A stretch of 64,000 nt of DNA from an uncultured Ohtaekwangia sp. (GTDB lineage: Bacteria; Bacteroidota; Bacteroidia; Cytophagales; Cyclobacteriaceae), in assembly GCA_964549855.1 (NCBI GenBank), contig CAZJWV010000002.1, positions 55,762 through 119,761 of the forward strand. The letters run 5' to 3'. Made by a program: the position numbers and the translations under genes. A model generated the notes under the pieces. The model was not told the DNA's origin. It was given only the letters and a program-made list of their open reading frames with translations, and ran no database searches. Positions 55,604 to 64,000 of this stretch are shown piece by piece. The first letter of the stretch is position 1; the number at the start of each line of letters is the position of its first letter.

Positions 55604-57457
55604 CTAAACTGGCCCAATCATGTGCCAGTAGTACAATTCCCAGAGTATCGCGACGGCCACCAGGGTTAACCAGATATAGTATATCCTGCTGGCTGCCCGG
55701 TGATAACGAACTCCTGCCATGCGAAACACCCACACGAACATGAACAGTGTGAGCAGCATGTTGACGTACGGAAGGTAGAAGAGCGCCTTTAAACCAGTGG
55801 GTAATCCGAAGACGACGGCATCTTCATCCAGGTTCGCTGCGAGTCCGAGGAGGAAGATGAGCAGCACCAAATAATTTATCCACGCGACAAAGCGCGCCCC
55901 AAAGGGCATGGGTTTCGTCATCCTGTGCGACTGATAGCCGATTCTCGACCAGGCCACAAAGGGCCAAAAAACCAGGGCAAGCACCATCGTGAGACCTGCA
56001 AAAATGAGCAGGGTCAAATGCAGCGAAGTGCTTCGCAGACCCGAGACTTTATATAAGGCGACTATGGGCGTTGAACCCTGGAACATCCAGGCGATCTCCC
56101 CTTTCTCGTTTTTTCCGAAGGCCGCTATGCGTGTCTTGTTTTTTTCCCGGAAGGTGAGGCTGTCGATGGGAACCAGGTCGCGCACTACTTCACCGGCACG
56201 AACTCTAATACCGGTGGAATCAAGCAGTGAAACATCGGCATCACCAAATAGAGAAATGATCTCTGTAAAATCCGAGTAGGAGTGGCGGTTCGCCCGGTAC
56301 TTGCCGGTGAACTTTTTCAGGTACTCTTTTCCAAACTTCCTTGCTTCCGGTAAAGTTGCGGCCTTGAAATAGCGGTCGATGAATTCTTCCATGACCGTGC
56401 CGCTTACTCCGCCGCCGGTGTCAGTGTTAAATGAAATAAACAGCCCGGCATTCTGCGACGGGAACAAGGCCATCATCGAATGAAACCAGAACGTATCGCC
56501 GCCATGACCGATCACTTCAACACCACCACGGCTCATGTCGATAAAACCGTGGCGCATGGGATTTACGGCGGGATGATGGCGATGCGCGGGAGTTTTCATC
56601 AGGATCATCGTGGCACTGTCGAGAATCGGTCGCCCGTTCTCCAGGAGCGCCCGCATGAATGGGACCATGTCGGTTGCACTCGAGGCGACGGAGCCTGCGG
56701 GGTAGAGCGGAACAAATTCAAAAGGCTTCTCCACATAAAACCCTCCGCTGTAGCGATACCCCTTTGACATTATCTTCTTCAGGTTGGCGGGCAACGGTTG
56801 GCGAAACGTGGTGCGCGTCATACCCAGCGGCTGGAGAATATTCTTCTCCACGTAGTCGTCGAAAGACATGCCCGAAACCTGTTCGACGATGTAGCCGGCC
56901 ATGCCGGTTCCATGGTTAGAATAGGAAGCATACGTCCCCGGTGGGCGTACACGTTCCGGCAAATCACCGGCAAGAAGAGTACCCAATGGCTGAAGCCGGG
57001 TAGAATCACGCGCAAAGAGAGCGATCACCCGGTCTTCAAAACCGGGGGTGTGTGTCATCAGGTGTTTCAGGGTGATTGGCTCCGGATATGTTGGTGGAAT
57101 CTGAAAATCCTTGAGGTAAGTGTTGACATCTGCATTGAGATCGAGTTTGCCTTGCGCAACGAGCTGCATGACGCTGATCCAGGTGAACATCTTCGAGATC
57201 GAACCAATTCGGAACAGCGTGGAGTCCGCGCTTACCCGTTTTTGCCGGGTGTTGTCAGAGAAGCCGTACCCCTTCGCCAGGAGAATTTTCCCGTCTTTGA
57301 TGATAGACACGGTGGCGCCGACCATGTGCTTGTCGCGGAGGTGTGCGTCGATAACCCCATCCATCCAGGAAGCCAGGGCCACCGTATCTTGAAGTGATTG
57401 CCCGGAGAGCGACGCTGACAATAAGACTGCCAGCGCAAGTGGAAGGAGATTTTTCAT
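55604..57457 (-). CDS. Beta-lactamase-fold serine hydrolase with C-terminal multi-TM domain
   Basis: Signal peptide. SxxK motif (GSISKMF), YxN motif (YSNHG) and HGG(DT) in place of KTG. About 150 C-terminal residues form 4 hydrophobic helices. Confidence 0.85.
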   Translation of the reverse strand: MKNLLPLALAVLLSASLSGQSLQDTVALASWMDGVIDAHLRDKHMVGATVSIIKDGKILLAKGYGFSDNTRQKRVSADSTLFRIGSISKMFTWISVMQLVAQGKLDLNADVNTYLKDFQIPPTYPEPITLKHLMTHTPGFEDRVIALFARDSTRLQPLGTLLAGDLPERVRPPGTYASYSNHGTGMAGYIVEQVSGMSFDDYVEKNILQPLGMTRTTFRQPLPANLKKIMSKGYRYSGGFYVEKPFEFVPLYPAGSVASSATDMVPFMRALLENGRPILDSATMILMKTPAHRHHPAVNPMRHGFIDMSRGGVEVIGHGGDTFWFHSMMALFPSQNAGLFISFNTDTGGGVSGTVMEEFIDRYFKAATLPEARKFGKEYLKKFTGKYRANRHSYSDFTEIISLFGDADVSLLDSTGIRVRAGEVVRDLVPIDSLTFREKNKTRIAAFGKNEKGEIAWMFQGSTPIVALYKVSGLRSTSLHLTLLIFAGLTMVLALVFWPFVAWSRIGYQSHRMTKPMPFGARFVAWINYLVLLIFLLGLAANLDEDAVVFGLPTGLKALFYLPYVNMLLTLFMFVWVFRMAGVRYHRAASRIYYIWLTLVAVAILWELYYWHMIGPV

Positions 57458-57486
57458 GGGTTGGTGGTCGATGCGAGTTGGAAGGA

Positions 57487-58521
57487 TCAGTTGGGTGTGT
57501 GCTTGTCCAGGAATCCGTTCGAGCGATTCGTCCAGGAGTCCATGACGGACTGCCGGCCTTTGTTGTATTCGTTGTTGGCGTTGTTGACTTTGTTAACCCA
57601 CAGGTTGTAATCCTTCACGGCTTTGTTAAAGGCGTCGTTATCTTCCTGGGTCGGGTTCCGCTTCGCATCCATGGCCTTCTTCATCTTTTCGAAATTTTCC
57701 TTCTTGAGCTGAAACTCTACAAACACAGGAAAGTAGGCCGTTGTCGCTTTCTTGTAAAAAGTAAGCACTTGTTGACAGGCCGCTTTCAAGGATCCGTCAC
57801 CGTTGTATGCCGGCTGGGGTCCGACCTTGGTAAGACCCTCATTGACGCTGGCGATGAGGGCGTTGTTTGATTGTTCCATGGCCCCCACGTCGCCCTTGTT
57901 CAAAGCATCCAGGAAATAAACCTCGTCCTTGAAACTCTTAAAGAAAACAAGATAGACCTTGTTGTAATACAGGTTGACCTTTGTCGCTTGCTCCATCTTT
58001 TGTGAGAGTTTGCTCTCGGATTCTACCAGGCGAATGTTGTTGGCGCTTGCAAATGCCTGCACTTCCCTCTCCAGGCGCACTTCAGCGAGATCCAGTTTGT
58101 CATTGGCTTTTTCCTTCGCGAGGAGGTAGGCCTCCATCAGGTCGTAGGATTGCTCGGCGATGTCTTCCATGTTGAGGATTTTTCCATAATCCTCGGTGAC
58201 GACATGCTGGGCGAGACGCAGGAATGCCGTCGTTGAGTCTCGAAGCTTGCTGTCCTTCTGGTAGGGCTTCATGCGCCTAACGTTTAGTTCAGATTGCTTC
58301 ATCTGCTGGATGAGCTCCACGCGTCGCTTGTCAACTTTCCGTGCGCTCTTTCCATGATTCACAGCGCTGATGTAACTCAACATTGCTTTTGAAATGGCGC
58401 GGTGCTGATCGCCAAGGAAGCTGAGGTAGTCACCCGCACTTGTGGATTCCTGCGCGAGTAAGGGCCCGGCGGCCAGGAGTAAGGCAAAGAAGGAGGTGGC
58501 ACGAAGGAAACGCATGTTCAT
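57487..58521 (-). CDS. Hypothetical secreted all-helical protein
   Basis: Signal peptide MNMRFLRATSFFALLLAAGPLLAQ. K/E-rich helical sequence. ATGA overlap with the upstream S41 gene. Confidence 0.6.
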   Translation of the reverse strand: MNMRFLRATSFFALLLAAGPLLAQESTSAGDYLSFLGDQHRAISKAMLSYISAVNHGKSARKVDKRRVELIQQMKQSELNVRRMKPYQKDSKLRDSTTAFLRLAQHVVTEDYGKILNMEDIAEQSYDLMEAYLLAKEKANDKLDLAEVRLEREVQAFASANNIRLVESESKLSQKMEQATKVNLYYNKVYLVFFKSFKDEVYFLDALNKGDVGAMEQSNNALIASVNEGLTKVGPQPAYNGDGSLKAACQQVLTFYKKATTAYFPVFVEFQLKKENFEKMKKAMDAKRNPTQEDNDAFNKAVKDYNLWVNKVNNANNEYNKGRQSVMDSWTNRSNGFLDKHTPN

Positions 58522-60557
58522 TTCTTCATAGGCAACAGGTCATTCAGAATAAAAAAGGCTTCACGAATGTAGTGGCTTTGTTGTATCTCTTTCAATGCTT
58601 CGTTGCTCACGTCACGATGATACGTGTCAACCTGATGGAGCCCCTCCGTGGATGAAATGTGCCTGACCGCGTAGGTCGTTGTCGCCACCCTCTCGGCCAC
58701 CATGTTGCCCTGTTTTTCGACACTGTCAATGTACCTGACGAATGCCTGAACTTCGAGCGGCACGGACCCTTTGAGCAACACTTGAAACTGTTCAATGGAT
58801 TTGAATCCATTCGCTGCGCTTACTCGATCCATACTCCGCTTCCGAAGGTCGTCAACGGGCAGATCCGGCAAGGGTGTGTAGTAAATTTTTCGTGTTAGGT
58901 CGCGGGGCTGAATGGGATTTCGCAACAGCGCCTCGCGCTCGCCCATCACCTCGGTAATCTCCGGCAACCGGATGTCTGGTTGAACGCCCGTCAACTGAAG
59001 GCTCTTCCCCGTGACGCGGTTAATGCGATCGATGGTGACTTTGGCGAACCCGTTTCTGTTCACGCCGGCACCCACGGGAATAATCGTCTGTCCCGTTGCC
59101 TTCCCATACGTGCTACAACCCATGACGACGGCACGATGATAATCCTGTAAGGCAGCCGACACCAGCTCCGATGCCGAGGCACTAAACGCGTTGACCATGA
59201 TAAGCAGTGGCCCATCGTAAGCGCTGCCCCTGCGATCATCACGCAGTGTTAATGGTGGTTCACCACGTCTCTCCATCGACGCCACGGGGCCTGCGTCCAG
59301 AAAGATACCGGCCAATTCAAGCGCCTCCATCACCGATCCGCCCCCGTTAAAGCGCAGGTCCAGGATCAACCCCTGGATTTTTTCCCGCTTGAGCTTGATG
59401 ATTTCCTTCGCGATATCTCCGGCGCATCCGTGGCCCCGTCCTTCATCAGGGCTGGTGTAGAATCCGGGCAGGGCAACATAACCGAATTTCACTTCCCCCT
59501 CGAGAACGAAACTGGAGATCAGGTTCTCGACGTTTTCAATTTTCTCCTTTGTCAGGGATATCGTCTTCCATCGGCCATCTGCCTTCCGGATTTTGAACTC
59601 GGCTTGCTGGATGTCCGGGTTGTCGATTCGGGAAAGGATTTCTTGGATTTCAAGATCAGCAAAATCGACGGTAGATGAGGTGCCGGCCTTCATGCTCACC
59701 AGTACATCCCCCTCTGTCAATTCCTTGGAGCGCCAGGCTGGGCCGCCCGGCAGCATGCGCTGGACAATGGGCTCGCCCATCCGGTTTACGCCGAGGTCAA
59801 TACCAAAAGCAAGCTCCACAGGCCGAATTTCTCTTTCAAAGGCCTCCATTTCGCCGTCAGTGAAATACTCTGTGTGTGGATCGAACGACTGGCATATCGC
59901 CCGTTGAAAGGCAAGGTTCACAAATGTTTCCAGGCCTTTTTCAGAATTCAGCAGCCGATCAGCTGCACTCCAGTATCGCTTCCTCACACTTTGACGTGCA
60001 GGGACTTCGAAAGACAGCAAGCGATTGGCATCGACGTTCCCCTCCTCTGCCCGCGCAAGCCTGGAAGCCTTGCTGAGTATTTCAAACTTCAGTTCTTTCA
60101 GCATCAACTGCCGTTGCGCGGAGCGATTTGTCAACGGCTCTTCCTTGCCCATCACGGCGATGGATTCTGCCACCTTGTAGTTAAGGGGACGGTTAAGCGT
60201 GGAGTCCACATAGCGTTGGGTTGACTGAATCCGTGCACGCAACATTTCTGTGGAAGTCGCAATTATCCGACACGTACCCGAACGGAGTTGGTCGTCAATT
60301 TCGAGCGAGTAAACGGCCAGAACGGTTGAGTCTTCGCGGCTGAGGTATTGCTGTTCCGGGTCAAGCTGGAAGAGGAACTCCCGGAACACGCGGAGTGAAA
60401 ATTCATCGTTGAGGGTTTGGGGCTCGAGGTGGATTTTATTGACTTCCAGGAAAAGATCGTGCGCTGCTACGCATTTCTGCGCAAATACCGGCTGCACGAG
60501 AAAGGAGCCGAACCCCAGGACCAGCCCGTACAACCGTGATTTGACTGTGCAGTTCAT
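58518..60557 (-). CDS. S41 family C-terminal processing peptidase
   Basis: Motifs DLRFNGGGSVMEA and VNAFSASASE. Starting at M18 (60557) gives the signal peptide MNCTVKSRLYGLVLGFGSFLVQPVFAQ. The maximal ORF start is 60608. Confidence 0.85.
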   Translation of the reverse strand: MNCTVKSRLYGLVLGFGSFLVQPVFAQKCVAAHDLFLEVNKIHLEPQTLNDEFSLRVFREFLFQLDPEQQYLSREDSTVLAVYSLEIDDQLRSGTCRIIATSTEMLRARIQSTQRYVDSTLNRPLNYKVAESIAVMGKEEPLTNRSAQRQLMLKELKFEILSKASRLARAEEGNVDANRLLSFEVPARQSVRKRYWSAADRLLNSEKGLETFVNLAFQRAICQSFDPHTEYFTDGEMEAFEREIRPVELAFGIDLGVNRMGEPIVQRMLPGGPAWRSKELTEGDVLVSMKAGTSSTVDFADLEIQEILSRIDNPDIQQAEFKIRKADGRWKTISLTKEKIENVENLISSFVLEGEVKFGYVALPGFYTSPDEGRGHGCAGDIAKEIIKLKREKIQGLILDLRFNGGGSVMEALELAGIFLDAGPVASMERRGEPPLTLRDDRRGSAYDGPLLIMVNAFSASASELVSAALQDYHRAVVMGCSTYGKATGQTIIPVGAGVNRNGFAKVTIDRINRVTGKSLQLTGVQPDIRLPEITEVMGEREALLRNPIQPRDLTRKIYYTPLPDLPVDDLRKRSMDRVSAANGFKSIEQFQVLLKGSVPLEVQAFVRYIDSVEKQGNMVAERVATTTYAVRHISSTEGLHQVDTYHRDVSNEALKEIQQSHYIREAFFILNDLLPMKK

Positions 60558-60643
60558 TTTCCGGGGAATTTCCGCGAGCGGTGGTGTACAATTTACCGAT
60601 TCGTTCAAACTTCGTTACCTATCTCAGCCCAAAATCCACAGGT

Positions 60644-62827
60644 ATGAAAAGAATACTATTTCTCCTTTTCCTTGTTCCGGCGCTCTGCTGGGCCCAATCG
60701 AAAAAACCGATCGTTGCCTCCGACCTGATGAAGATCGTTACAACGAACCAAATCCAGATTTCACCTGACGGCAGCAAGGCTGTCATGGTGGTGAACAGGA
60801 AGGCAGTGAAGAATGACAATGAATACTATTACACGCGTCACCTGTACCTGGTAGACCTGTCGGGGACTACCTCGCCGCTTCAGCTGACTTTTGGCGACCG
60901 CAGCGATGGTCAGCCGCAATGGTCTCCGGACGGAAAACAAATCGCGTTCACCCGTGTTGACGGAGAGCGAGGCCAAATCTGGATCCTTCCCCTTACGGGC
61001 GGAGAGGCACACGCAATCACCAAAGCCGAGCATGGAGCTGGTAGTCCGCGCTGGTCGCCTGATGGAAAAAAGATTCTTTACACGTCAGGCATTCCTTTCT
61101 ATGCCATCGACGGGTCAACACCCTGGGCGTACGAAAGGCCGGGGCGCAAGCAGGGCGACGAGCCCAACTTTAAGAAAATGAAAGCTGATGAGAGGAAAAA
61201 GACCGCCACCGCACCCGACGGCAGCCTCGATGAAATCCGGGCCTGGCTCGCCAAGAATGCCAGCGAGTCGAACCCGCGCGTGCTTAACCGCCAGAATCTG
61301 CAAGGCGAACTGAATCTCCAGCCAGATGAAAACTTTTCACACCTCTTCGTCATTGCCTCCAATGGCGAGGGTGCCGCTACCCAACTCACGAGCGGTTATC
61401 AAGACTTTGACGGCGCCGAGTGGTCGCCCGATGGCAAGAAGATCATCTGCACATCGCGTGTTTATAAGATCCATCCCGATCGCGAGCTCGACAGTGATCT
61501 TTGGATGATTGATGTTGAGACCAAGTCGGCAAAAGAATTTCTAACCTGGAAGGGCTATAGTATTGGCGGAGGAAGTTTCTCTCCAGACGGAACACAGATT
61601 GTCTTCAGTGCTACAAGCGTTGCCAATCGCCACGCGACACAAAACCAATTGGCCGTCATTTCTTCAGCCGGTGGTCAGCCGCTGCTGATCACGGCTTCGT
61701 TGGATCGCGATGCAGGCGGCGAAGTATGGTCGACTGACAGCAAAACGGTTTACTTCGTTGCGCCAGCAGATGGCGACTTCCCATTGTATAGCGTTGCTGC
61801 CAAAGGAGGGACCATTACGAAGATTACCGGTTCGGATACGGGCGTGCGAGATTTTGATGTCAGCGGGGATAAGGTCGTCTATGCGCTTACGGAGACAAAG
61901 AACCCCTGGGAAGTTTACGTCTACAACGCGAAGGACAAGTCTAACAAGATGCTGACCCAATTCAACGATGGCTGGATGAAGGAACGCCTGGTTTCTATTC
62001 CCAAGGAACATTCGATTACGCGACCAGATGGGACCAAAGTACAGTACTGGGTGATGGAGCCCGTTGGGCGTAAGGAGGGCACCAAGTATCCGACCATTCT
62101 CAACATTCACGGAGGCCCGACCGCCATGTGGGGTCCGGGTGAATTCTCCATGTGGCATGAATTCCAATTGGAAAATAGCTGGGGGTATGGCGTGGTGTAT
62201 TGCAACCCGCGCGGGAGCGGCGGCTACGGCGACAAATTCAAGAAAGCCAACTTCAAGGACTGGGGTCCCGATCCGTCCGCCGACATCCTTGCTTCGCTGG
62301 ACGATGCAATCAAGAATTATTCTTGGATCGACAAGGACCAGTTGGTGGTGGAAGGAGGCAGCTACGCCGGCTATATGGTTGCGTGGATCATCGGTCACGA
62401 CAACCGGTTCAAAGCCGCCAATGCGCAGCGCGGCGTGTATGAACTCACAACATTCATGGGAGAAGGCAATGCCTTTTTCCTCGTACCAAACGATTTTGGA
62501 GGCTATCCGTGGGATCCAGAGACCAAGAAACTCCTGGACTCGGAATCTCCGTATAACTATGTGAAGAACATCAACACACCGTTTCTCATCATTCACGGTG
62601 ACCAGGACCTTCGCACGGGCGTGACGCAGTCGGAGATGCTGTATAAGAGTCTAAAAATTCTTAACAAGCCTGTGGAATATGTCCGCTATCCGAAGGAAGG
62701 CCATGAGCTGACGCGTAGCGGCAACCCCGGCCGGATGATGGACCACCTGCTGAGGGTGATTGAGTTCTTCGAGCGGTACGTGAAGCACCCGGAAGCGCCG
62801 GCAGCTACGGTGAAAATTTCTCCCTAG
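60644..62827 (+). CDS. S9 family peptidase (beta-propeller plus catalytic domain), secreted, second copy
   Basis: Signal peptide MKRILFLLFLVPALCWAQ. Repeated WSPDGK blades. Nucleophile GGSYAGY, then HGDQDLR...EGHEL. Confidence 0.9.
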   Translation: MKRILFLLFLVPALCWAQSKKPIVASDLMKIVTTNQIQISPDGSKAVMVVNRKAVKNDNEYYYTRHLYLVDLSGTTSPLQLTFGDRSDGQPQWSPDGKQIAFTRVDGERGQIWILPLTGGEAHAITKAEHGAGSPRWSPDGKKILYTSGIPFYAIDGSTPWAYERPGRKQGDEPNFKKMKADERKKTATAPDGSLDEIRAWLAKNASESNPRVLNRQNLQGELNLQPDENFSHLFVIASNGEGAATQLTSGYQDFDGAEWSPDGKKIICTSRVYKIHPDRELDSDLWMIDVETKSAKEFLTWKGYSIGGGSFSPDGTQIVFSATSVANRHATQNQLAVISSAGGQPLLITASLDRDAGGEVWSTDSKTVYFVAPADGDFPLYSVAAKGGTITKITGSDTGVRDFDVSGDKVVYALTETKNPWEVYVYNAKDKSNKMLTQFNDGWMKERLVSIPKEHSITRPDGTKVQYWVMEPVGRKEGTKYPTILNIHGGPTAMWGPGEFSMWHEFQLENSWGYGVVYCNPRGSGGYGDKFKKANFKDWGPDPSADILASLDDAIKNYSWIDKDQLVVEGGSYAGYMVAWIIGHDNRFKAANAQRGVYELTTFMGEGNAFFLVPNDFGGYPWDPETKKLLDSESPYNYVKNINTPFLIIHGDQDLRTGVTQSEMLYKSLKILNKPVEYVRYPKEGHELTRSGNPGRMMDHLLRVIEFFERYVKHPEAPAATVKISP

Positions 62828-63819
62828 GGAACGACCAAGCTGTGCTCCATCATGTACTCCGCAATCTGAACGGCATTCGTAGCCGCTCCTTTGCGGAGGT
62901 TGTCGGCCACAACCCAGAGGTTGAGGGTGCGTGGTTGTGATTCATCCCGACGAATGCGGCCTACGAAAACTTCGTCGCGCCCCTGCGTGAGGATGGGCAT
63001 GGGGTAGATGTTGTTTTTCACGTCGTCCATCACGATCACACCCGGTGTGCCTTCGAGCAACTCGCGCACTTCGTCGAGCTCGAACTCCTTTTCAAATTCC
63101 ACATTCACCGCCTCCGAGTGACCGCCGATCGTTGGTACGCGCACAGTGGTAGCGGTGACGCCGATGGATGAATCGCCGAGGATCTTTCGGGTTTCATTCA
63201 CCATCTTCATCTCTTCCTTTGTGTAGCCATTGTCCAAAAACACATCGATGTGCGGGAGAGCATTCATATCGATGGGATGTGGATACACCTTGTTTCCACT
63301 AATACCCTGGCGTTCGTCCATGAGTTGTTGAACCGCGTCCTTGCCGGTTCCGGTCACGGATTGGTAGGTAGCTACCACGATGCGGCTAAGCTTGTAACGG
63401 ACATGAAGCGGAGCCAGTACCATCACCATTTGAATGGTTGAGCAATTGGGATTGGCAATGATGCGGTCGTCGATGCGGAGAACGTGCCCGTTGATTTCCG
63501 GAACGATGAGCTTTTTGGCTGGGTCCATTCTCCAGGCCGATGAGTTATCGATAACAATCGTCCCCTTGTCAGCAAACCGTGGCGCCCACTCAAGAGACGT
63601 ACTGCCTCCAGCAGAAAAAATGGCTACGTCAGCGGAAAGATTGCACGCCTCCTCGATGCCGAGGATCGTATGCTTCCTTCCTTTGAATTCAAGTTCCTTG
63701 CCCACGTTACGTGCCGAGGCCACGAGGTAGAGGTCATCGTAAGGGAAATTGCGCTCCTCCATCACCTTCAGGATTTCCTGACCTACCAGACCCGTAGCGC
63801 CCACCACAACTGTTTTCAT
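62824..63819 (-). CDS. asd: Aspartate-semialdehyde dehydrogenase
   Basis: NAD fold VVGATGLVGQE, active-site NPNCSTIQM and GGHSEAV. The ATG at 63819 gives about 331 aa, and the track's 63936 start adds a non-homologous extension. Confidence 0.92.
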   Translation of the reverse strand: MKTVVVGATGLVGQEILKVMEERNFPYDDLYLVASARNVGKELEFKGRKHTILGIEEACNLSADVAIFSAGGSTSLEWAPRFADKGTIVIDNSSAWRMDPAKKLIVPEINGHVLRIDDRIIANPNCSTIQMVMVLAPLHVRYKLSRIVVATYQSVTGTGKDAVQQLMDERQGISGNKVYPHPIDMNALPHIDVFLDNGYTKEEMKMVNETRKILGDSSIGVTATTVRVPTIGGHSEAVNVEFEKEFELDEVRELLEGTPGVIVMDDVKNNIYPMPILTQGRDEVFVGRIRRDESQPRTLNLWVVADNLRKGAATNAVQIAEYMMEHSLVVP

Positions 63820-63873
63820 GACTATCGTTCGGTTAACCGATCGCAAAAGTAATATGAAATGTAGTTTGGCCAG

Positions 63874-64000
63874 ATGTGGCGCTGGAAATACATCTGGTTT
63901 ATCGCAATGCTCCTGGGTCACCCAGCTAGTTCGCAATTCATTGAGGACTTCGCCGACAATGAACTGGCAAACAACCCCGCCTGGCAGGGAGACGCGTCGG
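63874..64000 (+). CDS. 5' end of a secreted protein gene (runs off the window)
   Basis: ATG at 63874 gives MWRWKYIWFIAMLLGHPASSQFIEDFADNELANNPAWQGDAS..., which is signal-peptide-like and open to the window end. Not in the ORF track because it is truncated. Confidence 0.4.
   Translation, partial: MWRWKYIWFIAMLLGHPASSQFIEDFADNELANNPAWQGDAS

Noticed and set aside
62824-62827. Convergent 4-nt overlap of the S9 peptidase and asd, which share a CTAG so that TAG stops occur on both strands.
   Set aside because: This is a trivial consequence of a palindromic tetranucleotide, and no regulatory meaning can be supported.

Overview
This is a 64-kb chromosomal segment that reads as Bacteroidota. Supporting signs are a type IX secretion (T9SS) C-terminal sorting domain, a GldJ-like lipoprotein, PadR plus FtsX/MacB-type permease genes, and almost no Shine-Dalgarno sequences. 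I call about 50 densely packed protein-coding genes, many of them translationally coupled (ATGA or TAAATG junctions).

Gene content, left to right:
- mfd (5' partial), a GldJ-like lipoprotein, comF-like, an AhpD/CMD-like protein, and a very large membrane-anchored coiled-coil protein.
- An HATPase anti-sigma-type kinase, ybeY, mnmG, a methyltransferase, an Ig-like lipoprotein, a TPR protein and an amidohydrolase.
- A PadR/FtsX-permease/DUF4097 neighbourhood.
- A MarR-led beta-oxidation operon (FadN-like, thiolase, acyl-CoA dehydrogenase).
- A TetR-TolC-HlyD-2xABC-ATPase-2xABC2-permease efflux operon (CecR/YbhGFSR-like).
- A Rieske protein and two tandem secreted M20 amidohydrolases.
- An apparently AT-richer insert carrying a frameshifted T9SS cargo gene and duplicated lipoproteins.
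- Two S9 peptidases, a class II Fic protein, a membrane-anchored beta-lactamase-fold hydrolase, an S41 protease and asd.

I found no tRNA, rRNA, CRISPR array, transposase or integrase, and no convincing canonical or clearly novel defence or toxin system.

The most unusual signals are:
1. The 47.7-52.2 kb region, where a 3.6-kb insert is bracketed by two copies of the 3' end of an M20 gene that differ only at third codon positions.
2. A PadR / helical-prefix-FtsX ... FtsX / DUF4097 arrangement with no ATPase gene.
3. A dense DnaA-box-like cluster in the 243-bp gap at 14.9-15.1 kb.
4. A duplicated 39-nt leader unit at the fic start.

All functional calls rest on motifs read by eye. No database searches were run.
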